A stretch of DNA of 24,000 nt from the NCBI GenBank assembly GCA_963933835.1, contig CAWVVV010000002.1, forward strand, positions 291,219 through 315,218. The letters run 5' to 3'. The translations under genes and the position numbers were made by a program. The stretch comes from an uncultured Puniceicoccaceae bacterium (GTDB lineage Bacteria; Verrucomicrobiota; Verrucomicrobiia; Opitutales; Oceanipulchritudinaceae). The notes under the pieces were generated by a model, which was not told the DNA's origin, made no database searches, and was given only the letters and a program-made list of their open reading frames with translations. Positions 15,994 through 23,823 of the stretch are shown in pieces. Numbering within the stretch: position 1 is the stretch's first letter; each line of letters opens with the position of its first letter.

Positions 15994-18588
15994 ATGAGAT
16001 CGATTTGTCGCTGGGTTTGGGTCCTGTATTTCCTCCTCCTGGCAGCCTCTTATCTTGGGCAATGGATCGTATCTGACACCTCAGCGCTTCCGTCGGGTAT
16101 GCAAATCTTCGAGGTGCCCGAGCGCTTAGCATCCGGAGAACGAACAGGCCGCTTGATCAAGATGGCCACCTACACGAGTGGGCCCGATGAAGGACCCACG
16201 CTCGTTCTGATCCACGGTAGCCCCGTCGCTTCATCGGCGATGCGAGGCCTCAAGCGTGAATTGGAGAAGGCTCTGCCCGATTGGAGAATCCTTGTCCCGG
16301 ACATGCCGGGGCTGGGCGCATCAACGAGCGAAGTAACAGACTACTCGGTCGCGGCGCATGGCTACGCTGTCCTAGATCTGCTCGATGCGCTCGACGTAGA
16401 AGAGGCTCACCTCTTGGGCTACAGCATGGGCGGAGGCGTCATCCTTGAGGTCTCCCGGATCGCGCCGGATCGCATTGATTCATTGATCATGGCGTCGGCA
16501 ATCGGCGTTCAAGCGTATGAGCTTTTTGGATCCTATGAGCTGAACCATTCGGTGCACTGGATGCAGTGGGCCGCGCTGAAAGGCATCGATCTGCTCGTCC
16601 CGCATTTTGGATTCTTCGAGAAGCAGCCCCTGGATTTAGGCTACGCGCGTAACTTTTTGTATACGGATCAAAGACCCCTGAGCGAGGCACTCAAAAGCTA
16701 CGTCGGCCCGATGCTCATCCATCATGGCCGGGCGGATAACTTGATCCCGATCCAAGCGGCAAAGGAACACGCCCGCCTCGTGCCTCAAGCCGAGTTAGAA
16801 CTCTTCGATGGCGGCCACCTCGATGTGATTTCAAATCCGATGCGCTATGTGGCCCTGTTCGCCGATTTCGTTGCTCGTGCTGAGGCGGGTGAAGCGACCC
16901 TTCGAGCTGAAGCAAGCGCCGAGCGTATCAATGCTGCGGATCAGCCTTTTGTCAGGGACCGCAGTTGGCACTACGAGGGGTTAGCGCTCTTTATCGTCAT
17001 CAGTCTCCTCATGGCTGCGACGATGGTCTCGGAAGACCTGACTTGTATTGGCGGAGGCTTACTCGCGGCCAATGGTTTGATTTCACTCCCAGCAGCCGTT
17101 ATCGCGTGCTTCCTCGGCATCTTTATTGGCGATCTACTGCTCTACACGGCGGGGAGATCTCTGGGTCGGAGCGCGCTTTCTCGGAGACCAATGCGCTGGT
17201 TCGTTCGCCCAGAGGCTGAGAAACGCGCCGAGGCTTGGTTCGCGCGGCGCGGCGCGGTCATCATCTTGGTCTCTCGGGTTTTGCCCGGGACGAGGGCGGC
17301 GACCTATTTTACCGCGGGCGTGCTGAAGGCTCCTCTTGGACGCTTTCTCCTTTTCTTTGGGGTCGCGGCCGCGATCTGGACACCGCTTCTTGTCGGAGGC
17401 GCCAGCTTGATCGGGGAGCAGATGCTCAGAGTCTATGCTTCATACGAGGCCTATGCGCTCCCGCTTCTATTGGCGACGGGCTTATGTCTGTATCTGATCA
17501 TTGGATACGGAATACCTGCCTTGAGTTGGGGCGGGCGAAGACTGCTTTTGGGTAAATGGAGGCGCTGTACACGCTGGGAGTATTGGCCGCTCTGGCTGGT
17601 GAATGCACCGGTGTTTATCTACGTCTTGTGGCTTGTCCTTATTCGCTACCGCAAGCCGATGATCTTCACCCTTTCGAATCCCGGGATGCCGCACGGCGGG
17701 TTCATCGGCGAAAGCAAGGGGGATATCTTAGCGAGTATGCCAACCTTTGCCTCACATGTCATCCCATGGGACCGGTGTCCCGTAGGTGAACCGCTGGATG
17801 AGAGAATGGAACGGCTGCGTGCGATTCAGTCGAAGGGTCAGCCTTGGCCAATCGTGATCAAGCCCGACGAGGGTCAGCGTGGTCTTGGGGTGAGAATTGT
17901 TAAATCGGAAGAGGAGGCAAAGGAGACGCTTGGCCACTTGGATGAATCCCTCGTTCTCCAAGAGTTCGTCGATGGCCCTGAGTATGGAGTATTCTACTAC
18001 AGGTATCCTGAGGCTGAAAAAGGAGTGATCTCTTCGATCACAATCAAGCAATTGACCTCTGTGACGGGTGATGGGGAGCGATCGCTTGAAGATCTTATTT
18101 TGGCCGATGATCGCACTGTAGATCGAGCTACCTATTTCCTTGATCAGATGTCTGATGCACTTCTTGAGGTGCCAAAGTTAGGTGAGCGAGTGCCGTTGGT
18201 TGAGCTTGGGACACACTCTCGGGGTGCGACTTTTTTGGATGGAGCTCACTTATTGACAGACGAGCTGCTTGAGGCAGTTGAAAAGATTTCGCGCTCGTAT
18301 GAGGGATTCTACTACGGGCGCTTCGACTTTAAGGCACCATCAGAAGTTGCCCTTCGCGCAGGGCAGGGCCTAAAAATGATTGAGTTGAATGGTCTGACGT
18401 CAGAGCCGACCCACATTTACGCGCCGGGTGCGTCGCTCTTCACGGGGTGGAAGACACTCATGATCCATTGGCACATCGCGATTCGAATCGGGATGCAGAA
18501 TGAACGGGCAGGGATGAAGCCGTCGGCAGTGAAGGACTTTATTCACTGGTGGTGGCTGAGCTATCACCGCCAGAAAAACAAGGGCTAA
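15994..18588 (+). CDS. 864-aa tri-domain membrane protein: alpha/beta-hydrolase + DedA/VTT (SNARE-associated) membrane domain + ATP-grasp ligase
   Basis: N-terminal TM (WVWVLYFLLLAASYLGQWIV). Hydrolase (about aa 60-300): HG oxyanion LVLIHGSP, nucleophile elbow GYSMGG, later GRADNLIP and GGHLDV. DedA core (about aa 330-520): FLGIFIGDLLLYTAGRSLG and SRVLPGTRAATYFTAGVLKAPLGRFLLF. ATP-grasp (about aa 600-864): PIVIKPDEGQRGLGVRIV, LVLQEFVDGPEYGVFYY, VTGDGERSLEDLI, and GRFDFKAP...MIELNGLTSEPTHIY. It starts 10 nt after the NRDE gene. Confidence 0.8.
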   Translation: MRSICRWVWVLYFLLLAASYLGQWIVSDTSALPSGMQIFEVPERLASGERTGRLIKMATYTSGPDEGPTLVLIHGSPVASSAMRGLKRELEKALPDWRILVPDMPGLGASTSEVTDYSVAAHGYAVLDLLDALDVEEAHLLGYSMGGGVILEVSRIAPDRIDSLIMASAIGVQAYELFGSYELNHSVHWMQWAALKGIDLLVPHFGFFEKQPLDLGYARNFLYTDQRPLSEALKSYVGPMLIHHGRADNLIPIQAAKEHARLVPQAELELFDGGHLDVISNPMRYVALFADFVARAEAGEATLRAEASAERINAADQPFVRDRSWHYEGLALFIVISLLMAATMVSEDLTCIGGGLLAANGLISLPAAVIACFLGIFIGDLLLYTAGRSLGRSALSRRPMRWFVRPEAEKRAEAWFARRGAVIILVSRVLPGTRAATYFTAGVLKAPLGRFLLFFGVAAAIWTPLLVGGASLIGEQMLRVYASYEAYALPLLLATGLCLYLIIGYGIPALSWGGRRLLLGKWRRCTRWEYWPLWLVNAPVFIYVLWLVLIRYRKPMIFTLSNPGMPHGGFIGESKGDILASMPTFASHVIPWDRCPVGEPLDERMERLRAIQSKGQPWPIVIKPDEGQRGLGVRIVKSEEEAKETLGHLDESLVLQEFVDGPEYGVFYYRYPEAEKGVISSITIKQLTSVTGDGERSLEDLILADDRTVDRATYFLDQMSDALLEVPKLGERVPLVELGTHSRGATFLDGAHLLTDELLEAVEKISRSYEGFYYGRFDFKAPSEVALRAGQGLKMIELNGLTSEPTHIYAPGASLFTGWKTLMIHWHIAIRIGMQNERAGMKPSAVKDFIHWWWLSYHRQKNKG

Positions 18589-19709
18589 GGAAAGATGCCA
18601 CGCAGCTGTTTTGCTTTCGCGACGCGCTTGATCCCAAGGGTTTGAGCGGCTTCTCGCCGGGTTAGCCCTAAGCGCTCTTTTTGGTCTTCGACTTCAGCTC
18701 GGGCTTTGTCGAGGAGATCGAAGAGTCTTTGTAGAACCTTCTCGCGGGACCAAAAAAGGCTTTGCAAGCCTTGGACCCATTCAAAGTAAGAGACGATGAC
18801 GCCGCCGCTGTTGCAGAGGACATCGGGGATGATCTCGATGTCGCCGCGCTCTTCGATGATCTTGTCTGCTTCGGTTGTGGTGGGTCCGTTGGCAGCTTCG
18901 GCAAGAAAGCGGCAGTTTAGCTTGGGTGCGTTGTCTGCATCAATCACTCGCTCGAGAGCGGCCGGGACGAGGACGGTACACTTGAGGAGAAGAAGTTCTT
19001 CATTCGTGATCGACTCGGCACCTTCGTAGTCTTTGAGAGACCCATACGTATTGACGTGCCGGAGGGCATCGTGGACATCGATCCCTTTTGGATTATGGAA
19101 TGCGCCTGAGACGTAGCTGATACCGATGACGCGATAACCGTAGTCAACAAAACCAAGTGCGGCATTTGAGCCGACATTTCCGAATCCTTGAATCACGACG
19201 CGCGTTTGGACAGGTCGGATACGGTGGCTTTCAAGGTAGCGTTTCACGATATAGGCGACCCCGCGACCCGTCGCTTCTTCGCGTCCTTCTGAGCCACCAA
19301 TTTCAATCGGTTTACCGGTTACGATCGCTGGCGTTGAGCAGCCGATGATGTTCGAGTAAGTATCCATCATCCACGCCATGGTCTGTGGATTTGTGCCGAG
19401 GTCGGGTGCCATGATGTCGACGTTGGGGCCAACAAAAGGTAAGACCTCCTGCATGTAGCGGCGGGCGACGCGTTCGCTTTCCCTCAGGCTGAGTGCTCGG
19501 GGATCGATCGCAACACCCCCTTTGGCTCCACCGTAGGGGAGACCGACGAGGGCGCATTTCCAACTCATCCACATCGCGAGAGCCCCAACTTCACCAACCG
19601 TTACGGCAGGGTGAAATCGGACGCCGCCCTTGGTTGGCCCGAGGGCGAGATGATGCTGCACGCGATAGGCCTCCAGGCAACTGCTGAGCGTAATGGCTTT
19701 CGAGTACAC
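18585..19709 (-). CDS. gdhA: Glu/Leu/Phe/Val-family glutamate dehydrogenase, apparently missing about 50 N-terminal residues (possible pseudogene)
   Basis: YRVQHHLALGPTKGGVRFHP, catalytic-Lys region GLPYGGAKGGVAIDP, DIMAPDLGTNPQTMAWMMDTYS, VTGKPIEIGGSEGREEATGRGV, NAD fold VIQGFGNVGS, GGVIVSYFEWVQ, and C-terminal KRVAKAKQLRGIFP. Full-length relatives as I recall them have about 65 residues before GYRVQH; only 13 are present here. The reading frame opens at a TGA at 19725-19727, and the first start is GTG 19709. Confidence 0.8.
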   Translation of the reverse strand: MYSKAITLSSCLEAYRVQHHLALGPTKGGVRFHPAVTVGEVGALAMWMSWKCALVGLPYGGAKGGVAIDPRALSLRESERVARRYMQEVLPFVGPNVDIMAPDLGTNPQTMAWMMDTYSNIIGCSTPAIVTGKPIEIGGSEGREEATGRGVAYIVKRYLESHRIRPVQTRVVIQGFGNVGSNAALGFVDYGYRVIGISYVSGAFHNPKGIDVHDALRHVNTYGSLKDYEGAESITNEELLLLKCTVLVPAALERVIDADNAPKLNCRFLAEAANGPTTTEADKIIEERGDIEIIPDVLCNSGGVIVSYFEWVQGLQSLFWSREKVLQRLFDLLDKARAEVEDQKERLGLTRREAAQTLGIKRVAKAKQLRGIFP

Positions 19710-20498
19710 ATAGCGAATGATGCATCAAAGGCCGAAGCGGCTCTTAAAGAAGGTGTTAAGCCGGATATTGTTTGGGTCGCGGCGGAGCTTGGGGATGATG
19801 ATGGCTATGAAGTCCTTGAGAAGCTAAGATCATTAGATGATTTTGATAAGCTTCCTGCACTCGTTCTGACGTCTGCTTTTCAGACCAAGAACAGAGAGCA
19901 AGCTTCAAACGATGCACTGAGTTTACTCTTAGCGAAGCCTGCAAATCACCTTGTTCTTGAAGCGGGCTGCGAGGCTCTCCTCTTTGCAGATGGCCGCAAG
20001 ATGAACGAGTCAGATCATCAAGAAGAGGCTCCGTCATTAGAGCTCGATGACGAAGATTTAATTGAGGCGAAGGTACGAGCTGCTTTAACAAATTCTAACA
20101 GGCGCAGATTAACCAAGAGCCCATTCGTTGATTACAAAACGTATCTGCCCTTGGATGTGCTCTTAGCGGATTCCCATCGTGCTCGTGGCGCGACGACTCG
20201 ACGGGTCCTGAAGCATTTTAATAAGGCAACCAAGGTAGTTCAGAGTGCAAACGAAGTTCTTGATTCATTGGAGAATGCCTCTTTCGATTTGGTCATACTA
20301 TCGCATCCCTTGCTCGGATCTGAAGTGAGTCAAGTGACACGTCTAATCCACTAGAAATTGCCTGAAGGTCGCCGGCCAGTGATTGTGTCGATGGGGATTG
20401 ATTACCCTGAAGACTCCGTCGAGGCAGGCATCGATGACCATTTGAGGCTGCCGCTTTCTGTTTCGGCGCTAGGGCTACGCCTGATTAAGAAGGCGTAG
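19650..20498 (+). pseudogene. double receiver-domain (REC-REC) protein: 5'-truncated, both domains lack the phospho-acceptor Asp, and the second is interrupted by an in-frame TAG
   Basis: REC1: ...LQATAERNGFRVHIANDASKAEAALKEGVKPDIVWVAAELGDDDGYEVLEKLR...LPALVLTS...LLLAKP. The beta-1 strand with the acidic pair is absent. REC2: DVLLADSH...VVQSANEVLDSLENASFDLVILSHPLLGSEVSQVTRLIH-TAG-KLPEGRRPVIVSMGIDYPEDSVEAGIDDHLRLPLSVSALGLRLIKKA*. The TAG at 20352-20354 is in frame, REC homology continues for 47 more codons, and the final TAG is at 20496-20498. Confidence 0.7.
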
Positions 20499-20538
20499 CT
20501 AATAACTGGATACAGTGATCAGACGACAGGCGTTCGGA

Positions 20539-21966
20539 TCACTTAGCTGTTTCAGATATTCTGCTCTCACGGATAACCGTGATCCGTATTGTTCCCGGAT
20601 ACTGAAGCTCATCTTCGACGCGCCTCCGGATTTTTTTCGCGAGGCGACGAGCATCGAGGTCGTCGATCGCTCCAGGGTCTGCGATGATACGAATTTCTCG
20701 GCCTGCTTGCAGCGCGTAGGCTTCTTTGACCCCTTCGCAGGAGAGCGCGATACTTTCTAAGCTTCGAACTCGCTGAATGTAACCGTCCATGCTTTCGGCA
20801 CGTGCGCCTGGGCGCATCGAGCTCAGGCGATCTGCAGTGATGAGAAGTCCGACATAAGGGCTCTCGGCGGGTACTTCACAGTGGTGGGCAGCGACGGCGT
20901 TGAGCACGGTCGCATCTTCCTCGCCGTGCTGTTTGAGAAAGCTAGCTCCCGCGAGGGCATGGCTGCTGTCATACTCTTCGGTGAGGACTTTCCCGATATC
21001 GTGGAAAAGGCCACAGCGCTTCGCGATCTCGGTGTCTAAGCCCAGTTCGGCGGCGATGAGCGCGCAGATGTTTGCGACTTCGATGGAGTGGGCGAGCGAG
21101 TTTTGATTGTTCGCGAGGCGAAAGTGCATGCGGCCGAGGGCAGAAATAACCTCGGGGTGGATGCGCTTGAGGCGAAGGCGTTGAATCGCATTTTCACCAT
21201 AGGCGATGACACTGCGCTGAACCTCCTCGGTTGCTTTGGCGGCGGCCTCTTCGATCGTTACGGGATGAATCCGACCGTCTGCTATGAGAGACTCGAGGGT
21301 GATGCGGGCTATCTCGCGTCGAACGGCGTCGAAGGACGAAATGAGGACGGTTTCAGGCGTTTCATCGATCAGGATGGTTGTTCCCGTCGTCGATTCGAAA
21401 GCTTTGATGTTACGGCCTTCACGGCCGATAATACGCCCTTTCATATCTTCGCTCGGAAGCTTGATAATCGTAGCGGTGATATCGTGGTGAGGCTGTGCGG
21501 ATAAACGCTGAAGGGCGGCGACGAGAATGTTCCGAGCCTCAGCGTCAACTTCTTCGATCGAGCGCTTCAGGTAGTCCTCTTTCAGATCACGAACTTCATC
21601 GGCGCAGTCTTCTTCGACTTCGCGCCGCAGTGCTTGGCGCGCTTCATTGATGTCCATGTTCGCGATCTTGCGCAGGCGATCGCGGTATTTCTGAGCTTCG
21701 TCGCGGGCGTCGTCTTCGCGCTTTTCGGACGTCGCGATCTGCTCTTCGAGGTGAGTTCGCCTGTTTTCAAGTGCGGCGCGCCCAGTCGCCGTCGTCCGAA
21801 GGCCGGACTCGATTTCGATCTTCTTAACTTCGAGTTCCTGCCGCAGATCCTGTTCGCGCCGATCTGCACTCAAGGTCAGAGATCGGGTGGTTTTTTGATA
21901 AACCATCCAACCGACGCCTGCTGAGGCTGCCGCTGCTACAGATAATGCAATCCAAGTATCCACCAA
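20539..21966 (-). CDS. rny: ribonuclease Y
   Basis: N-terminal TM ([19 protein letters not shown]) and a charged coiled-coil. KH domain: [37 protein letters not shown] domain: [20 protein letters not shown]...GLFHDIGK. C-terminal end: ...[19 protein letters not shown]. The start is TTG 21966 or GTG 21963. Confidence 0.93.
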   Translation of the reverse strand: MVDTWIALSVAAAASAGVGWMVYQKTTRSLTLSADRREQDLRQELEVKKIEIESGLRTTATGRAALENRRTHLEEQIATSEKREDDARDEAQKYRDRLRKIANMDINEARQALRREVEEDCADEVRDLKEDYLKRSIEEVDAEARNILVAALQRLSAQPHHDITATIIKLPSEDMKGRIIGREGRNIKAFESTTGTTILIDETPETVLISSFDAVRREIARITLESLIADGRIHPVTIEEAAAKATEEVQRSVIAYGENAIQRLRLKRIHPEVISALGRMHFRLANNQNSLAHSIEVANICALIAAELGLDTEIAKRCGLFHDIGKVLTEEYDSSHALAGASFLKQHGEEDATVLNAVAAHHCEVPAESPYVGLLITADRLSSMRPGARAESMDGYIQRVRSLESIALSCEGVKEAYALQAGREIRIIADPGAIDDLDARRLAKKIRRRVEDELQYPGTIRITVIRESRISETAK

Positions 21967-22083
21967 AAGTATATTAGAATGCGGGCACCGAGGTGCCGCG
22001 TGTAACGATAAATCGAATCTCTAGTCGGTTAAGCTGCTTGTTAAGTAACACCATACAAAGGCTGAGAGTGCTTTCAGTCAACT

Positions 22084-23823
22084 TTAGCGGAGCTCTTGAC
22101 CGGTGCCTGCTTCGACGATCTTGAAGTTCTCGACGTGGTAGGTGGGGTCCGCACGGAAGCTGAGTTTGACGCCATAGGTCTCTTCGATCTCGACGAGCAC
22201 GGCTTCGTCCTCGTGGCGCAGGCGTTCGAGGGCATGCGGGTGACAAAAGACGCGCAGCCAGGTTGGCTCTGCAGGCTTATCAGCCGGTGAATTGAGGCGG
22301 CGAATGACGCTCGTGAGGCGGCGCTGAATCTCGACACTCATCGTGCGGGAGCTCTTCACTGTTCCACGGCCACCGCAGTAGGGGCATGAACTGTAAAGTC
22401 CGCTTGAGACACTTTCTTTGTGTCGTTGCCGCGTCATCTGCATGATGCCGAGTTGTGAGATAGGGAGGACGTGGTTCTTGGCACGGTCTCGATCCATCTC
22501 CTGTTTCATCCGGCGGAAGACGGAGGAACGGTCGTTCCGATTCTTCATGTCGATGAAATCGAGAATGATCAGCCCACCGATGTTTCGTAGTTTGATCTGG
22601 CGCGCGATCTCGGTCGCCGCTTCCAGATTTACATCGAGAATGAAGTTCGAATTGTCGCTCTTATTTTTGTGCGCGCCGGTGTTCACATCGACGGCTACGA
22701 GGGCTTCGGTTTCTTCGATGACGATCTCGCCGCCGCTTGGAAGGGCGACTTTGCGGAGGAAGGTTTGCTCGATCTGTCGCTCGATATTGAAGCGCTCAAA
22801 AATCGGGATGTTCTCTTTGAAGACGGCGATCTTGCCACTGCTGCGCTTCGAAATGCGAGCGACGAGCTCGATCATTCGATCTCCGCCTTCCTGATCGTCG
22901 ACGAGGACGCGATCGATGTCCTCAGTTAGAAAGTCACGCACCGTGCGCTCAATGATGTCTGGCTCGGTGTAGACGCAGGCGGGCTGCTTCGCTTTGTCGA
23001 TGCGCTGTTTGATCTCTGCCCACTGGTTGAGCAGAATCGTGAGGTCGCGAACGAAATAGGTCCAGCGCTTGCCTTCACCCGCCGTGCGGATGATGACGCC
23101 CATGCCCTCAGGAATGGAGAGCTTTTTAAGGATATCTTTGAGGCGCTTGCGCTCCTTGTCGTCTTCGATTTTGCGGGAGACGCCACATTGGCCCTCGAAG
23201 GGCATGAGGACGAGGAAGCGGCCGGGAATGGCGAGGTTGGTCGTGGTCCGTGGTCCCTTCGTGCCGATCGTGCTCTTTGTGATCTGAACGACGATTTCCG
23301 AGCCGATCGGGTAGAGCTTCGGGATGTCCTTTAGCGTAACCTTGGACTTCTTCTCCTTCTGGTCATCGCTGCGCGTATCGCGGATAAATTCAACTGAGCT
23401 GTCTGCTTGCGGGAGGATGTCCCAGTAGTGCAGGAAGGCGTTCTTAGGCTGGCCGATTTCAACGAAGGCAGCTTTGAGGCCCGGCTCCAAGTTCTGGATC
23501 TTGCCCTTAAAGATGGCGCCGACGAGGCGATCGTCGCCCGCGCGTTCGAGTTCGAACTTTTCGAGCACTCCCTCATTGAGGACAGCAACGCGCCGCTCGA
23601 GCGGTTCGGAGTTAATGATGACTTCGCGGTAAGAGCGCTTTTCTTTCCGGATTTTCTCAACAAGGCGTTGGATGACCGGGCGTTCTTCGGCTCGGGCTTC
23701 CGCGTCTTTTTTCAGCTGATCGGGATCGACATCAGTGATGGCGACCTCCTCAGGACGTGCTTTGAGTTCAGCTTCTTGGTCGTCGGGAAGTTTGTCTGTG
23801 GTTTCTGCAGATGAAGAGTTCAT
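22084..23823 (-). CDS. rng: Rne/Rng-family endoribonuclease (RNase G/E catalytic-domain homologue, 579 aa)
   Basis: S1 domain [33 protein letters not shown]. Catalytic core LVAVDVNTG...[12 protein letters not shown]. Zn-link CPYCGGRG. It has an acidic or charged N-terminal extension of about 60 aa and no long RNase E scaffold tail. Confidence 0.9.
   Translation of the reverse strand: MNSSSAETTDKLPDDQEAELKARPEEVAITDVDPDQLKKDAEARAEERPVIQRLVEKIRKEKRSYREVIINSEPLERRVAVLNEGVLEKFELERAGDDRLVGAIFKGKIQNLEPGLKAAFVEIGQPKNAFLHYWDILPQADSSVEFIRDTRSDDQKEKKSKVTLKDIPKLYPIGSEIVVQITKSTIGTKGPRTTTNLAIPGRFLVLMPFEGQCGVSRKIEDDKERKRLKDILKKLSIPEGMGVIIRTAGEGKRWTYFVRDLTILLNQWAEIKQRIDKAKQPACVYTEPDIIERTVRDFLTEDIDRVLVDDQEGGDRMIELVARISKRSSGKIAVFKENIPIFERFNIERQIEQTFLRKVALPSGGEIVIEETEALVAVDVNTGAHKNKSDNSNFILDVNLEAATEIARQIKLRNIGGLIILDFIDMKNRNDRSSVFRRMKQEMDRDRAKNHVLPISQLGIMQMTRQRHKESVSSGLYSSCPYCGGRGTVKSSRTMSVEIQRRLTSVIRRLNSPADKPAEPTWLRVFCHPHALERLRHEDEAVLVEIEETYGVKLSFRADPTYHVENFKIVEAGTGQELR

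Noticed and set aside
20352-20354. Programmed recoding (e.g. pyrrolysine) at the in-frame TAG
   Set aside because: No pyl genes or PYLIS-like context are visible. The gene carries other degenerative features (5' truncation, lost catalytic residues), so a simple nonsense mutation is far more likely.
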